The position numbers and the translations under genes are program-made. Below the pieces are notes generated by a model that had not been told where the DNA came from, ran no database searches, and saw nothing but the letters and a program-made list of their open reading frames with translations. This document shows, in pieces, positions 19,586 through 31,167 of a stretch of 64,000 bases of DNA. The DNA is taken from the NCBI GenBank assembly GCA_963734495.1, contig CAVTHK010000009.1, positions 96,001 through 160,000 on the forward strand, written 5' to 3'. Position 1 is the stretch's first letter; the number at the start of each line of letters is the position of its first letter. This DNA is from an uncultured Spirochaetota bacterium. GTDB taxonomy: Bacteria > Spirochaetota > Spirochaetia > SZUA-6 > CAVTHK01.

Positions 19586-21710
19586 AGCGCTACACGCTGC
19601 ACAACCTGAGCTGCCCGAGCTGCGCGCTGGACATGGAGCGCAGGCTCAACAGCCTCGCCTCCGTCCGCCGGGCGCGCATCGACTTCGCCGCCTCGAGGCT
19701 CGACATCGACACAGCCGACTTTGACGAAGCCGTGGCCGTCATGCGCCGCGTCGAGCCCGCGGTCGCCGTCGTCGCCGAGGACGAATCCGGCGGGCAGCGG
19801 GCCGCGCGGCGGCTGCTGCTCCTGGAGCTGGCGGCCTCGGTCCTGCTGTTTGCCGCGGGCCTCCTCGCGCCCCGCGCGTTCCGGCCGCTCATGGCCGCGG
19901 CCTACGCGGTCGCGGGATGGCGCGTGGCGCTCGCGGCCGTCCGCAACATCGCGCGCGGCTCGGTCTTTGACGAGCACTTCCTGATGATGCTGGCCACCGC
20001 CGGGGCGATCGCGCTCGGCGACCTCTCCGAGGCGGCGGCGGTCATGATCTTCTACCAGGTGGGAAGCCTCCTCGAGAGTCTGGCCGTGGACCGCTCGCGC
20101 CGGTCCATCCGCTCGCTGCTGGCGCTGCAGCCCGAGGTGGCCAGCGTGATCGAGGGCGAAGCGCAGCGCGAGCTGCCTTCGCGCGAGGTCGCCCCCGGGC
20201 AGGAGATCCTGGTCAAGCCGGGCGGGCGCGTTCCGCTGGACGGCATCGTGACCGAGGGCAGATCGGCGGTCGACACCTCGGCCCTCACGGGCGAGTCGCT
20301 GCCGCGCGACGTGGAGCCGGGAGCGGAGGTGCTCGCGGGCATGATCAACGGCGGCGCGGCCCTGCGCGTGCGCGTCAGCCGGCCGTTCGACGAGTCGTCC
20401 GCGGCGCGGATCATGCACCTCGTCGAGGAGGCCGCGTCCCGCAAGGCGCGGACGGAGCGCTTTATCACGAGCTTCGCGCGCATCTACACGCCCGCCGTGG
20501 TCGCCGCGGCGGCGCTGGTGGCGCTGCTGCCGCCGCTCCTCGTCCCCGGGCAGGCGCTCGCGACATGGGTTTCCAGGGCCCTCGTCATGCTCGTGATCTC
20601 CTGCCCGTGCGCGCTGGTGGTCAGCGTGCCGCTCGCGTATTTCGGCGGGGTCGGCGCGGCGGCGCGGCGGGGGATCCTCTTCCGCGGCTCCCAGTTCCTC
20701 GACGCGCTGGCCCGCGCGCGCACGGTGGTCTTCGACAAGACGGGGACCCTCACCGAAGGCACGTTCGTCGTTTCGCACGTGGCGCCGGAGCCCGGCTTCG
20801 GGGAGCGGGCGTTCGTCACCCTCGCGGCGGCCGCCGCCTCGCGGTCCGCTCACCCGGTGGCGCGCTCGGTCTTCGAGCACGGCCGGCTGATGGTCGGCGA
20901 CGCGGAGGTTGCGGCCCTCCGCGTCGCGAGCCACGAAGAGGTGGGCGGGCAGGGCATCCGCGCGCTCGTCGACGGAAAGACCCTGCTCCTCGGCAACGAC
21001 CGGCTCCTGCACACCGAGGGGGTCGAGCACCCGCGGCGGGTGTGCGAGGCTTCGGGAACCGGGGTGCACCTGGCCGTCGACGGCCGGTACGCCGGCGCCG
21101 TCGCGTTGAACGACCGCCTCAAGCCCGACGCGGCGGACGCGGTCGCGGCGCTGCACGCGCGGGGCATCGAGACCGTCATGCTGACCGGCGACACAAAGGC
21201 CGCGGCCGCCGCGGCGGCCGACGCGCTCGGCATCGGCACGGTGCACGCGGGTCTCCTGCCGCAGGACAAGCTGGCCCGGCTCGAGCAGATCATGGCGGAC
21301 AGCGACGCCCGCGGCCGCGCGAGGGCGGCGCCGGCCGCGTCGTGTTCGTCGGCGACGGCATCAACGACGCGCCCGTGCTCTCCCGCGCCGACGTCGGCGT
21401 GGCCATGGGCGAGTTCGGCTCCGACGCGGCGGTCGACACCGCCGACGTCGTGCTGACGAGCGACTCGCCCGCCCGCGTGGAGGACGCGATCCGGATCGCG
21501 TCCCGGACGCGGCGGCTGGTCTGGCAGAACATCATCTTCGCGCTCGCGGTCAAGCTCGTCCTCATCGGCCTCGGCGCCGCCGGCCTCATGACGATGTGGG
21601 GGGCCGTCTTCGGGGACACGGGTGTCGCGGTGCTCGCCGTCCTCAACTCGGTGCGCATCCTCGGCATGGGCACCCCTCTGCCGACCGCCAGGGCCGGGTC
21701 CGCGGCCTGA
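19582..21710 (+). CDS. cadA: Heavy-metal (Zn/Cd) P1B-type ATPase, frameshift near 21320
   Basis: N-terminal CPSC, TGES, SCPCAL, DKTGTLT, HP, TGD; GDGINDAP lies in the shifted frame. Confidence 0.85.
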
Positions 21711-21812
21711 CGCGCCGCCGGCCGGCGAGGCGACCTTCTTCATTCTTTTTTGAAGCGACAACTCGCGGCCGCCTGCGATATAATTCCAGGGTAAAAGCCG
21801 AGGAGAACAAGG

Positions 21813-22271
21813 GTGAGCAGAAGATCCGTCCTTCCGGTTCTGGGTCTGGCGCTCGCGTGCTCGCTGCGCGCGTCGGCCCAGACGGGCGCGTTCATGGACA
21901 GGTTCCTCGAGCAGGACAAGGTGGCGTACGGCGACGCATCCTACCTGGTTCTCGTCGGAGCCGGCCTGCTCAAGGACAGCGAATCGCCAGACAGCGCCCT
22001 CGCGAGCCTCCAGCAGCGGGGCTGGGCCGTCGCGGGCAAAGGCGCCGGCGACCCGCTGACCTTGGGCGAGTACGCGTTGATGGTGATGCGGTCGTTCGGG
22101 ATCCCCGGCGGCGTCATGTACCATCTGGCGCCCGGACCGAGGTACGCGACGCGGGAGCTGGCGTATCTGGGGGTGATCCAGGGGAAGGCTCGGCCCGCAT
22201 CCGCGCTTTCCGGCGAGCGGGCCGCACGAATCCTGGGCCGGGTCCTGGACTACAAGGAGGCGCAGCGATGA
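21813..22271 (+). CDS. Exported hypothetical protein
   Basis: Signal peptide; TATAAT at 21779; ATGA overlap with the next gene. Confidence 0.7.
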   Translation: MSRRSVLPVLGLALACSLRASAQTGAFMDRFLEQDKVAYGDASYLVLVGAGLLKDSESPDSALASLQQRGWAVAGKGAGDPLTLGEYALMVMRSFGIPGGVMYHLAPGPRYATRELAYLGVIQGKARPASALSGERAARILGRVLDYKEAQR

Positions 22272-23449
22272 GCGCAGCCAGGGTCCTCGCGGTTCTGCTC
22301 GCGCTGGCCGCTGTCGCAAGCCTCTGCCCGGCGGCTGACTTCGACTACGGCCTCACGCTCGACAACCAGACGACCTACGGCGACAGGCCTTCGACCACCG
22401 ACGACCTGTGGGAGCAGCGCGCCAAGGCGGCGGTCTGGTTCGCGGCGGACCTGAGCCCCCGGCTCACGTTCGACGCCCAGGTGAGCTATCTCTACACGCT
22501 CGAGAGGCCCTACCTGGTGGATCTCGACGTGCTTCTCGCTGGCGGGCACGAACCCGTTGAGCGGCACCGGCGTTCTCACCTGGACCGCCGGCAGGCAGTT
22601 TCTTGTCGATCCCACGGGGCTCGTGCTGAGCAACAAGGCCGACGGTCTGTCCGTGACGCTGGGCACGCCCATGCTGACCGCGACGGCTCGCGCCGCGTAT
22701 ACCGGGCTTCTGCTCAAGCCGGAGTCCAACGTGAGCATGTCGGCCGCAGACATAGCGGACGACGACGACAACGGCGTGTTCTTCGCGCCGAAGCGCCTGC
22801 TGGCCGGGGCCGAGCTTTCCTTTCCCGAGGTCTATGCCCGCCAGACAGCTCTGCTGTTCTTCCTCGCGCAGTTCGACCTGCGAAGCGACACGTCGGCCCG
22901 CGTCAGCACGCAGTACACGGGGGCGAAGCTGTCCGGTCCGCTCGGCGGGGCGCTGTACTACGACGCCTCGGCCGTCGATGGAGACAGGGCAGGGATGAAA
23001 GCGCGGACGAGGCCCTGTTCGGGCTGCTCGGGACGGCCGGCGTGCGCTACTACGACTCCGAAGCTGGCCTACGCGAGGATCGAGATCCGCGGGCTGTACG
23101 CGAGCGGCTCACAGGGCTCGTTCGATCGGGTTCCTGCCGATATCAGCCCCGACGCTGGCGCTGGCGTACGCGCCGCCTCTGGAGCAACCTGATCGGGGCG
23201 CAGGCAAGCTCTCGTTCAAGCCGTTCTTCGCGCAGCCCGACGCGGGCGCTGCAGAGCGTGCAGCTCTTCGGCCAGGCCCTGGCCCTGCTGACGGCGGTCG
23301 ATCCGGCGTACACCGGGACGCTGATCGACGTCGGGGTGAATGCGCGGCCGTTCTCCGATCTCGGCCTCGCCCTCAAGTACGGGGTGTGGCTGCCCGACGG
23401 GGCGGACATGGAGTACGCCGTGAGGCTCGAAGCCTCGATGGCGCTGTGA
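22268..23449 (+). CDS. Exported putative outer-membrane beta-barrel protein (several frameshifts)
   Basis: Signal peptide; alternating amphipathic strands (AGRQF, PFSDLGLALKYGVWLP, AVRLEASMAL). Confidence 0.55.
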   Translation: MSAARVLAVLLALAAVASLCPAADFDYGLTLDNQTTYGDRPSTTDDLWEQRAKAAVWFAADLSPRLTFDAQVSYLYTLERPYLVDLDVLLAGGHEPVERHRRSHLDRRQAVSCRSHGARAEQQGRRSVRDAGHAHADRDGSRRVYRASAQAGVQREHVGRRHSGRRRQRRVLRAEAPAGRGRAFLSRGLCPPDSSAVLPRAVRPAKRHVGPRQHAVHGGEAVRSARRGAVLRRLGRRWRQGRDESADEALFGLLGTAGVRYYDSEAGLREDRDPRAVRERLTGLVRSGSCRYQPRRWRWRTRRLWSNLIGAQASSRSSRSSRSPTRALQSVQLFGQALALLTAVDPAYTGTLIDVGVNARPFSDLGLALKYGVWLPDGADMEYAVRLEASMAL

Positions 23450-23482
23450 TTCGACCGTGCAGGTGCACGAGAGGCGGTGACC

Positions 23483-24149
23483 ATGAAAAGAATGCTGTTC
23501 GCTGCGGCGGTGCTGGTGATGGCGGCTGCGGTCCGCGGCTTCGCGCAGACCGAGGCGGTGGTGCAGGCGGTCTCGGGCCGCGTGGAGGTCATGCAGCCCG
23601 GCGGGGCGTGGGCGGCCGCGGCGCCGGGGATGCGCCTGGCGCTGGGCGCGATGGTGTCGACGAGCTTCCAGTCCGAGGCGACGCTCGCGCTCGGCTCCTC
23701 CGTGCTGCGCGGTGAGGCCGCTCACGCGGATGAGGCTCGACCAGCTCGTACAGCAGGGCAGCACGGTGTCGACCGAGCTGTACCTGCGGGTCGGCCGCGT
23801 GCGGGCCGAGGTCAAGGGCGCCGAGGGGCTGCTGCAGGACTTCAAGGTGCGCAGCCCGATCTCGACGGCCGCGGTGCGTGGGACCGCGTTCGACTTCGAC
23901 GGGGTGAACACGAACGTCGACAACGGGGTGGTGAACCTGAGCAACAACCAGTCGGGGCAGAGCACGAACCTGGGGGCAGGCGAGCAGGGCAGCGTCACGG
24001 AAGGGGACAGCCCGCCGACGGGCGGCGAGGACAGAACCTGCAGGACCAGTCGACGACGCAGCCCTCGACGGGCCAGACCCCCGCCGGAGAAGACGCCGCC
24101 GCCGAAGGGCGGGAGCATCCGGATCAAGTGGACCACCTACGTCGGGTAG
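23483..24149 (+). CDS. FecR-domain exported protein (frameshifted)
   Basis: Signal peptide; VSGRVEV, LRVGRVRAEV, FKVRSPISTAAVRGTAF. Confidence 0.8.
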
Positions 24150-24162
24150 CCGTGGAGGGATT

Positions 24163-24738
24163 ATGAAGCTGACGAAAGTCGTCGTTGCGCTGACGATCAC
24201 GGCGCTCACTCTGGCCGGCTGTTACTGGACACCACCGCAGGCGCAGGCGGGGGGCGTGTCGGTGCGCGTGAGCGTGCCCCGCGGCGTGGTGTCCCCGGGC
24301 ACCTCCGTGGAAGCCTTTCGGGTGTATCTGTATGACGCCGCCGATGTGAAGGCCCTGTACGGCTTTCCTCCGACCCAGCCGACGCCGTCGTACCGCGGCG
24401 ACTCCATCCAGGTCATTCCGTCAGACCTTGCCGGGCTCCCGCCTCAACTCAGGTCGCAGCTGAGCGGGAAGACGATCGCGCTCGATGGCTATCGCTACTA
24501 CGACGTGATCCTGAGCGGCGGCCTTGGATCGGGCGGCTCGTTCACGATCCCCGACGTCCTGCCCGGCAGGAAGTACCGGATCCACATGGAGTACGGCTAC
24601 TACGCGCCGGCGCCGTACTTCTATGGCTACGAGGAGGGCGTCTCCGAGGCATTCGAGGTGACGGCGGGCAGCGTCGTGGACGTCGCGCTCGACCTGTACT
24701 CTTCGTACTACGGATTCACCTACGGCAGCCTCTACTGA
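24163..24738 (+). CDS. Tyr-rich lipoprotein of unknown function
   Basis: RBS GGAGG; lipobox LAGC; tail YSSYYGFTYGSLY. Confidence 0.75.
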   Translation: MKLTKVVVALTITALTLAGCYWTPPQAQAGGVSVRVSVPRGVVSPGTSVEAFRVYLYDAADVKALYGFPPTQPTPSYRGDSIQVIPSDLAGLPPQLRSQLSGKTIALDGYRYYDVILSGGLGSGGSFTIPDVLPGRKYRIHMEYGYYAPAPYFYGYEEGVSEAFEVTAGSVVDVALDLYSSYYGFTYGSLY

Positions 24739-24795
24739 TCGCGCGCGATCGGGCTCCTGAGCGCCGTGTTCCGGAGACATCGCGATCGCCTGCGA

Positions 24796-26572
24796 ATGCA
24801 GCCGGCCGGAGGCGGCCCCCTTCCGGAGGTCGCTGCGGCGGAGTCGCGCATCTTCCGGGCCGGCAGCAGGTTCGTCGCGTACGCCGCAGCCGCGGGCTCC
24901 GCGCAGCTCGTGAGCCACGCCGCGGTGGAGCTGCTCGCGCGGCTCGACGGCTGCCGGCCACTGGCATCCCCCGCGGAAACGGCGGCAGCTGAGGAGCTGC
25001 GCGGCCTGGGGCTGCTCGTCACCCGCGCGGAGTTGGTGAGGGCGCTGCGGGACGCGTCCGTTCCCGACGAAGCGCCGCGGATCGCCGCCGTCGCCTGGCT
25101 CACGCGCGGGCGGCCCGCGGCGCTCGCGCGCAGCATCCGCAGCTTCGCGGCGAACGCCGCCCGCCACGGCCGCTGCTCCGCGCTGGCTGGTGTTCGACGA
25201 CGGCGACGCGCGCCGAAGCGGCGGGCACGCTCGAAGCCCTCCGTCCCCTGGTCGCGGACGGCACGGTCCGGCTCTCCTACTGCGGCCTCAAGGAAAAGGA
25301 GCGCATGGCGGCGCGTCTCGTGGAGGCAGCGCGCGGCGCTGTGCCGGAAGAGATCGCGCGATTCGCGCTCTTCGGCCTGCCGGGCTACGGCACGACCTGC
25401 GGCGCCAACAGGAACGCCGCCATGCTTGCCGCGGCGGGCGGTCCGCTGCTCGTGGCGGACGACGACACCGTCTGCGAGCCCGTCGTGCACCCCGAAGCGG
25501 ACGAGACTCTTTCCATCACTTCGCAGCGCGATCCGAGCGACATGCTTCTGCTTTGCGCGCCGCGAGGGGCTGCTGGCGGCAGTCCGGCGCGTCGACATCG
25601 ACTTCCTGTCCGCGCACGAGTCGGCCCTCGGCCGGACCCCAGCCGCGTTCGCCCGTCAGCGGGACGTCGGACCGGATTGACCTCGCCGGCGTATCGCCCG
25701 CGCTCGCGGACCTGCTCGCGCGCGGCGGCGGCCGCGTCGCTGCCACGACCGGCGGAGTCTACGGGGACGCGATCGTCAACGACCCGGCCTACCTCCTCTG
25801 GCTCGAGGGCGACGCCCGCGAGCGCATCGTCGCCTCCGAGGAGTCGTTCCGATCGGCCCGCATCATCGCGGGAGGTGCTGCGCTGCCCGCGCCGCACGGC
25901 GATCGGCGACAGCGACGTCCTTTTCGGCGCAAGTCTCGGTCTCGACTGCCGCGAGATGCTGCCTCCGTTCCTGCCGATGGGGCGCGGCCAGGACATCCTG
26001 TTCGCGCTCACCGTTCACCTGTGCATTCCCGGTGCCCTGATCGGCAGGCCGGCCGTCGCCGTCCTGCACGACCCCGTCGAGCGCCGCGTATATACGGCCG
26101 ACGCCCCGGTCGCGCGCGGGATGCAGGCCTTCGATTTTCTCATGGTGCTCGAGGGCGCCACGTGCTTGCCGGCCGCGTGGGCGCGGACGCCCGAGGATCG
26201 GCTGCGCTCGCTCGGCGGCGCGCTCGAGGAGCTGGGACGGCTGTCGCCGCACGGAGTTCGTCGACACGCTCACGCCGGTGGTCCTCGGCGCGCGGGCGTC
26301 GCAGCTCAACGTCGACGGAGAACCTGTTGCTGCGCTACCGGCGCGAGCCGGAATACTGGGCGCGCGAAGTCGAGCGCCACATCGAGGCAATGCAGGAGCA
26401 GGTCGCCGAGCCGCTCGCCCGGTCGATGCCCGGCGGGACGCGCCGAGGCCTCGGCGCGTTCCAGACGCAGGTCGGGCTCTACGGCGCGCTGCTCCGGGCG
26501 TGGCCCGAGATGTGGCGGGCGGCGCGCGAGCTGGCCGCCGAAGGGCCCTGGGGAATGGCGGACCTCGGATGA
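24796..26572 (+). CDS. wHTH + GT-A-fold-like protein, paralog 1 (several frameshifts)
   Basis: LLARLDG..EELRGLGLL, WLTRGRP, GANRNAAML, LVADDD, LGLDCREMLPPF, GRGQDILF, AVLHDP, LLRAWPEMW. Confidence 0.6.
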
Positions 26573-28368
26573 GCGAGACCGTACGCGCACCTTTCGGCCA
26601 GCCCCGTCGAGCTCTACGACTGCGGGGCCGGCCGGTTCTGGGCTGAGGGAAGGCGCGGCCGTTCGCGTGCTCGAGGCGGAGGATGCTCTGCTGCTGCAGT
26701 CCATCGAAGGGTTCCGGAACCTGCGCGAGCACGTGGCCGCTCTCGAGCAGCGGGGATTCGCGGAGGCGGAGCCCGGCGACCTCGCCGCGCGGCTCGAGGA
26801 GCTGCGGGCCGTGGGCCTGCTCGTTTCCGCGGCGGCGCTTGTCGGCGCGCCTTCCGCGCGGCGCCCGAGGCTCCGGCTCCCATCGGGCTGGGCGGCCTGG
26901 GTCACGCGCGGCCGGCCTGCGCTCGTCGCGCGCAGCGTGCGGAGCTGGATCGACCGTTGCGCGGCGCGCGGAAGGACCTCGCCTCGCGGTGCTCGACGAC
27001 TCGACCGACGAGGAGACCCGGCGCGCGCTCGCGCGGGTCGCAGTGCCCGATCTCTGGTACGCGGGCCGTGCGGAGAAGCGCGTCTTCACCGCGCGACTCG
27101 CGGATCGAGGAATCCCCGCGCGATGTGCTCTCGTTCGCGCTCTGCGCCGCCGCCCGATCTCGGCACGCCGTACGGCGCCAATCGCAACGCGCTCCTCCTC
27201 GCGACCTGCGGCGAGGTCGTCCTCTCCAGCGACGACGACATCCTGTTCGAGACGGCGGCGCTGCCGGAGGCGAGCGCGCGGTCTGGCGATCAGCTCCCGC
27301 GCTGGACCCCGCGGGCATCCGCTACTACGCCGGCCGCGAACGGCTGCTCGACGCGCTGCGATCCGTCGGCGAACCGCCGGCCCTCGCTCGCGGCGCACGA
27401 GGCGCTTCTCGGCCGCGATGCCGGCGAGTGCGCCCGGACGGCCGCCGGCTCCGTCGTCCTCGCGGAGCTCGGCCGCGACCTGGCGCTGCGGCTCGTCGCG
27501 CCGTCCGCACCGAGTGCTGCTGACCGCCTCCGGTCTCTGCGGCGACAGCGGACTTCGCGGCACCTGGCTGCTGCACCTGCGGGACGAGTCCTGGCAGCGG
27601 GTCACGGCGACGCCCGACGAGTACGAGATCGCCCGCCGCGAGCCGGGAGACGATCCGCTGCGTCGCGCGGGCGACGGTCTGCGAATGCGGCTACCTCGTC
27701 GGCCAGCACTTCGGCCTGGACAACCGCGGGCTCCTGCCGCCCTTCTTTCCGGTCGGCCGCAGAGAGGACGGCATCTTCGCGCTGACGCTGCGAACGACTG
27801 CACCTCGAGCGCGCTTTCCGCCCACGTGCCGATCGCGGTGCTGCACGATCCCGCGGCGAGTACCGGACGCGACGGGCGACGGACAACCGCCGCCCCAGCC
27901 CTTGTTCGCGGACTTCCTGGCGCTTGCTGATCGGCCTCGTGTTCGCCCTCGCCCGGACAGCAGGACCCGGAGGCGCGCATCCGCGCACTCGCCGCTCATC
28001 TCGCCGGCATGGCGTCGCTCGACGCGCCCGAGCTGGAGAAGTGGGTGCGCGAACGGTGGGTCGGCCGCTGGGCTTCGGAGATGGCGCTCTGCGAGCAGCG
28101 CGCCGCGCGAGCGGCCCGCGCGGCGCGCCGTGGGTGCTCGACTCCGCGGCGCGCCTGGAGCAGATCGCGGCGCACATCGAAGCGGGCGCCGCCGTGCACC
28201 CCCGCGACCTCGGCGACGGCGATCCGGCGGCTCGCCTGGGAGGCCGCGCGCGACCGCCTCCGCCGCTTCGCCGGCGCTGCTCGAGTGGTGGCCGGCGATC
28301 GTCGCCGCCGCGCGCGAGCTGCGAGCAGGGCCGGGCTCGCGGCCTGCTCGCGCCGCCTGCGGGCTTGA
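26569..28368 (+). CDS. wHTH + GT-A-fold-like protein, paralog 2 (several frameshifts)
   Basis: ATGA overlap; LEELRAVGLL, WVTRGRP, YGANRNALLL, LSSDDD, FGLDNRGLLPPF, GRREDGIF, AVLHDP, LEWWPAIV. Confidence 0.6.
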
Positions 28369-28401
28369 TGCGCGCCCGCGGCGCGGCCTAAGATTCGCCC
28401 G

Positions 28402-29426
28402 ATGCAGGACCGCATCGAGCGAAAGCGCCTCGCCATCCTCAAGCTCCTCGCCGACGGCAACGAAGCCGCGCGGCAGCTCCGCCATCACGGAGCAGCTCGA
28501 GGGCCAGGGCTACGACATCAGCGAGCGGACGGTGCGCTTCCACCTGCTCGCCCTCGACCGCGACGGCTTTACCGAGTACGTCGGGCAAGAAGGGGAGGCG
28601 GATCACCGAGAGGGGCCGTCTCGAGCTCTCCAAGGCGAGGGTCTACGAGAAGGTCGGCTTTCTCACCGCCAAGATCGACCAGCTCACCTACCAGATGAAG
28701 TTCGACCGCACCCGCCGCGAAGGCACCGTGATCGTGAACGTGAGCCTGCTCGAGAGCCGCTTCCTCGCGCGCGCCTGCCCCCTGATGAAGCGGGTGTTCG
28801 AGTCGGGCTACTCGATGGGCACTCTGATGACCTTCTTCGCGCCGGGGGAGAAGGCCGGCGAGCTGTGCGATGCCCGGAGGGATACGTCGGGATCGGGACG
28901 GTCTGCTCCGTGACGCTCAACGGGATCCTCCTCGCCGAAGGCATTCCGACCACGTCGCGCTTCGGCGGCCTGCTCGAGCTGCACCGCGGCAAGCCGGTCC
29001 GCTTCGTCGCGATCATCAACTACGACGGCACGAGCCTCGATCCGCTGGAGATCTTTATCAAGAGCGGGATGACCGACTACACGGGCGCGACCGAGAACGG
29101 CGACGGCCTCATCGGGGCCGGGTTCCGCGAGATGCCGGCCGCGAGCCGCGACCGGCTCCTCGAGCTCGCCGAGGAGCTCAAGCAGGTCGGCCTCGGCGGG
29201 TTCATGAACATAGGGTGGCCGGGCCAGCCCCTGGTCGGCATCCCGGTCAACGAAGGGATCGTCGGCGCGGTCGTCATCGGCGGCCTGAACCCCGTCGCGA
29301 TCCTCGAGGAGCACGGCATCCGGGTCCATTCGCGCGCCCTCTCGGGCTTCGTGGACTACCGGCCGCCTCTTCGACTACCGGGAAATGGAGAAGCACGTCG
29401 GGCCGCGGCGTCGCGCCTCGGCCTGA
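28402..29426 (+). CDS. nrpR: NrpR nitrogen-regulatory repressor (wHTH + DUF128/NRD), frameshifted
   Basis: ISERTVRFHL HTH, GTVIVNVS, IGTVCSVTLNGIL, FGGLLE, YDGTSLDPLEIFI, GGLNPVA. Confidence 0.85.
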
Positions 29427-31058
<1,632 letters not shown>

Positions 31059-31124
31059 TCGACAGCCGGCGCGGCTGCGCGCCCGGGTCGGGCTCGCCCG
31101 CCCGGACGCGGCTGCGGTCGCGCG

Positions 31125-31167
31125 GAAGGCCGGCATGCCTCGCGGCGTGCCGGCCTTCTTCATTTTT
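31125..31167 (+). terminator. Rho-independent terminator after gdhA
   Basis: GAAGGCCGGCATGCC-tcgc-GGCGTGCCGGCCTTC followed by TTCATTTTT. Confidence 0.7.
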
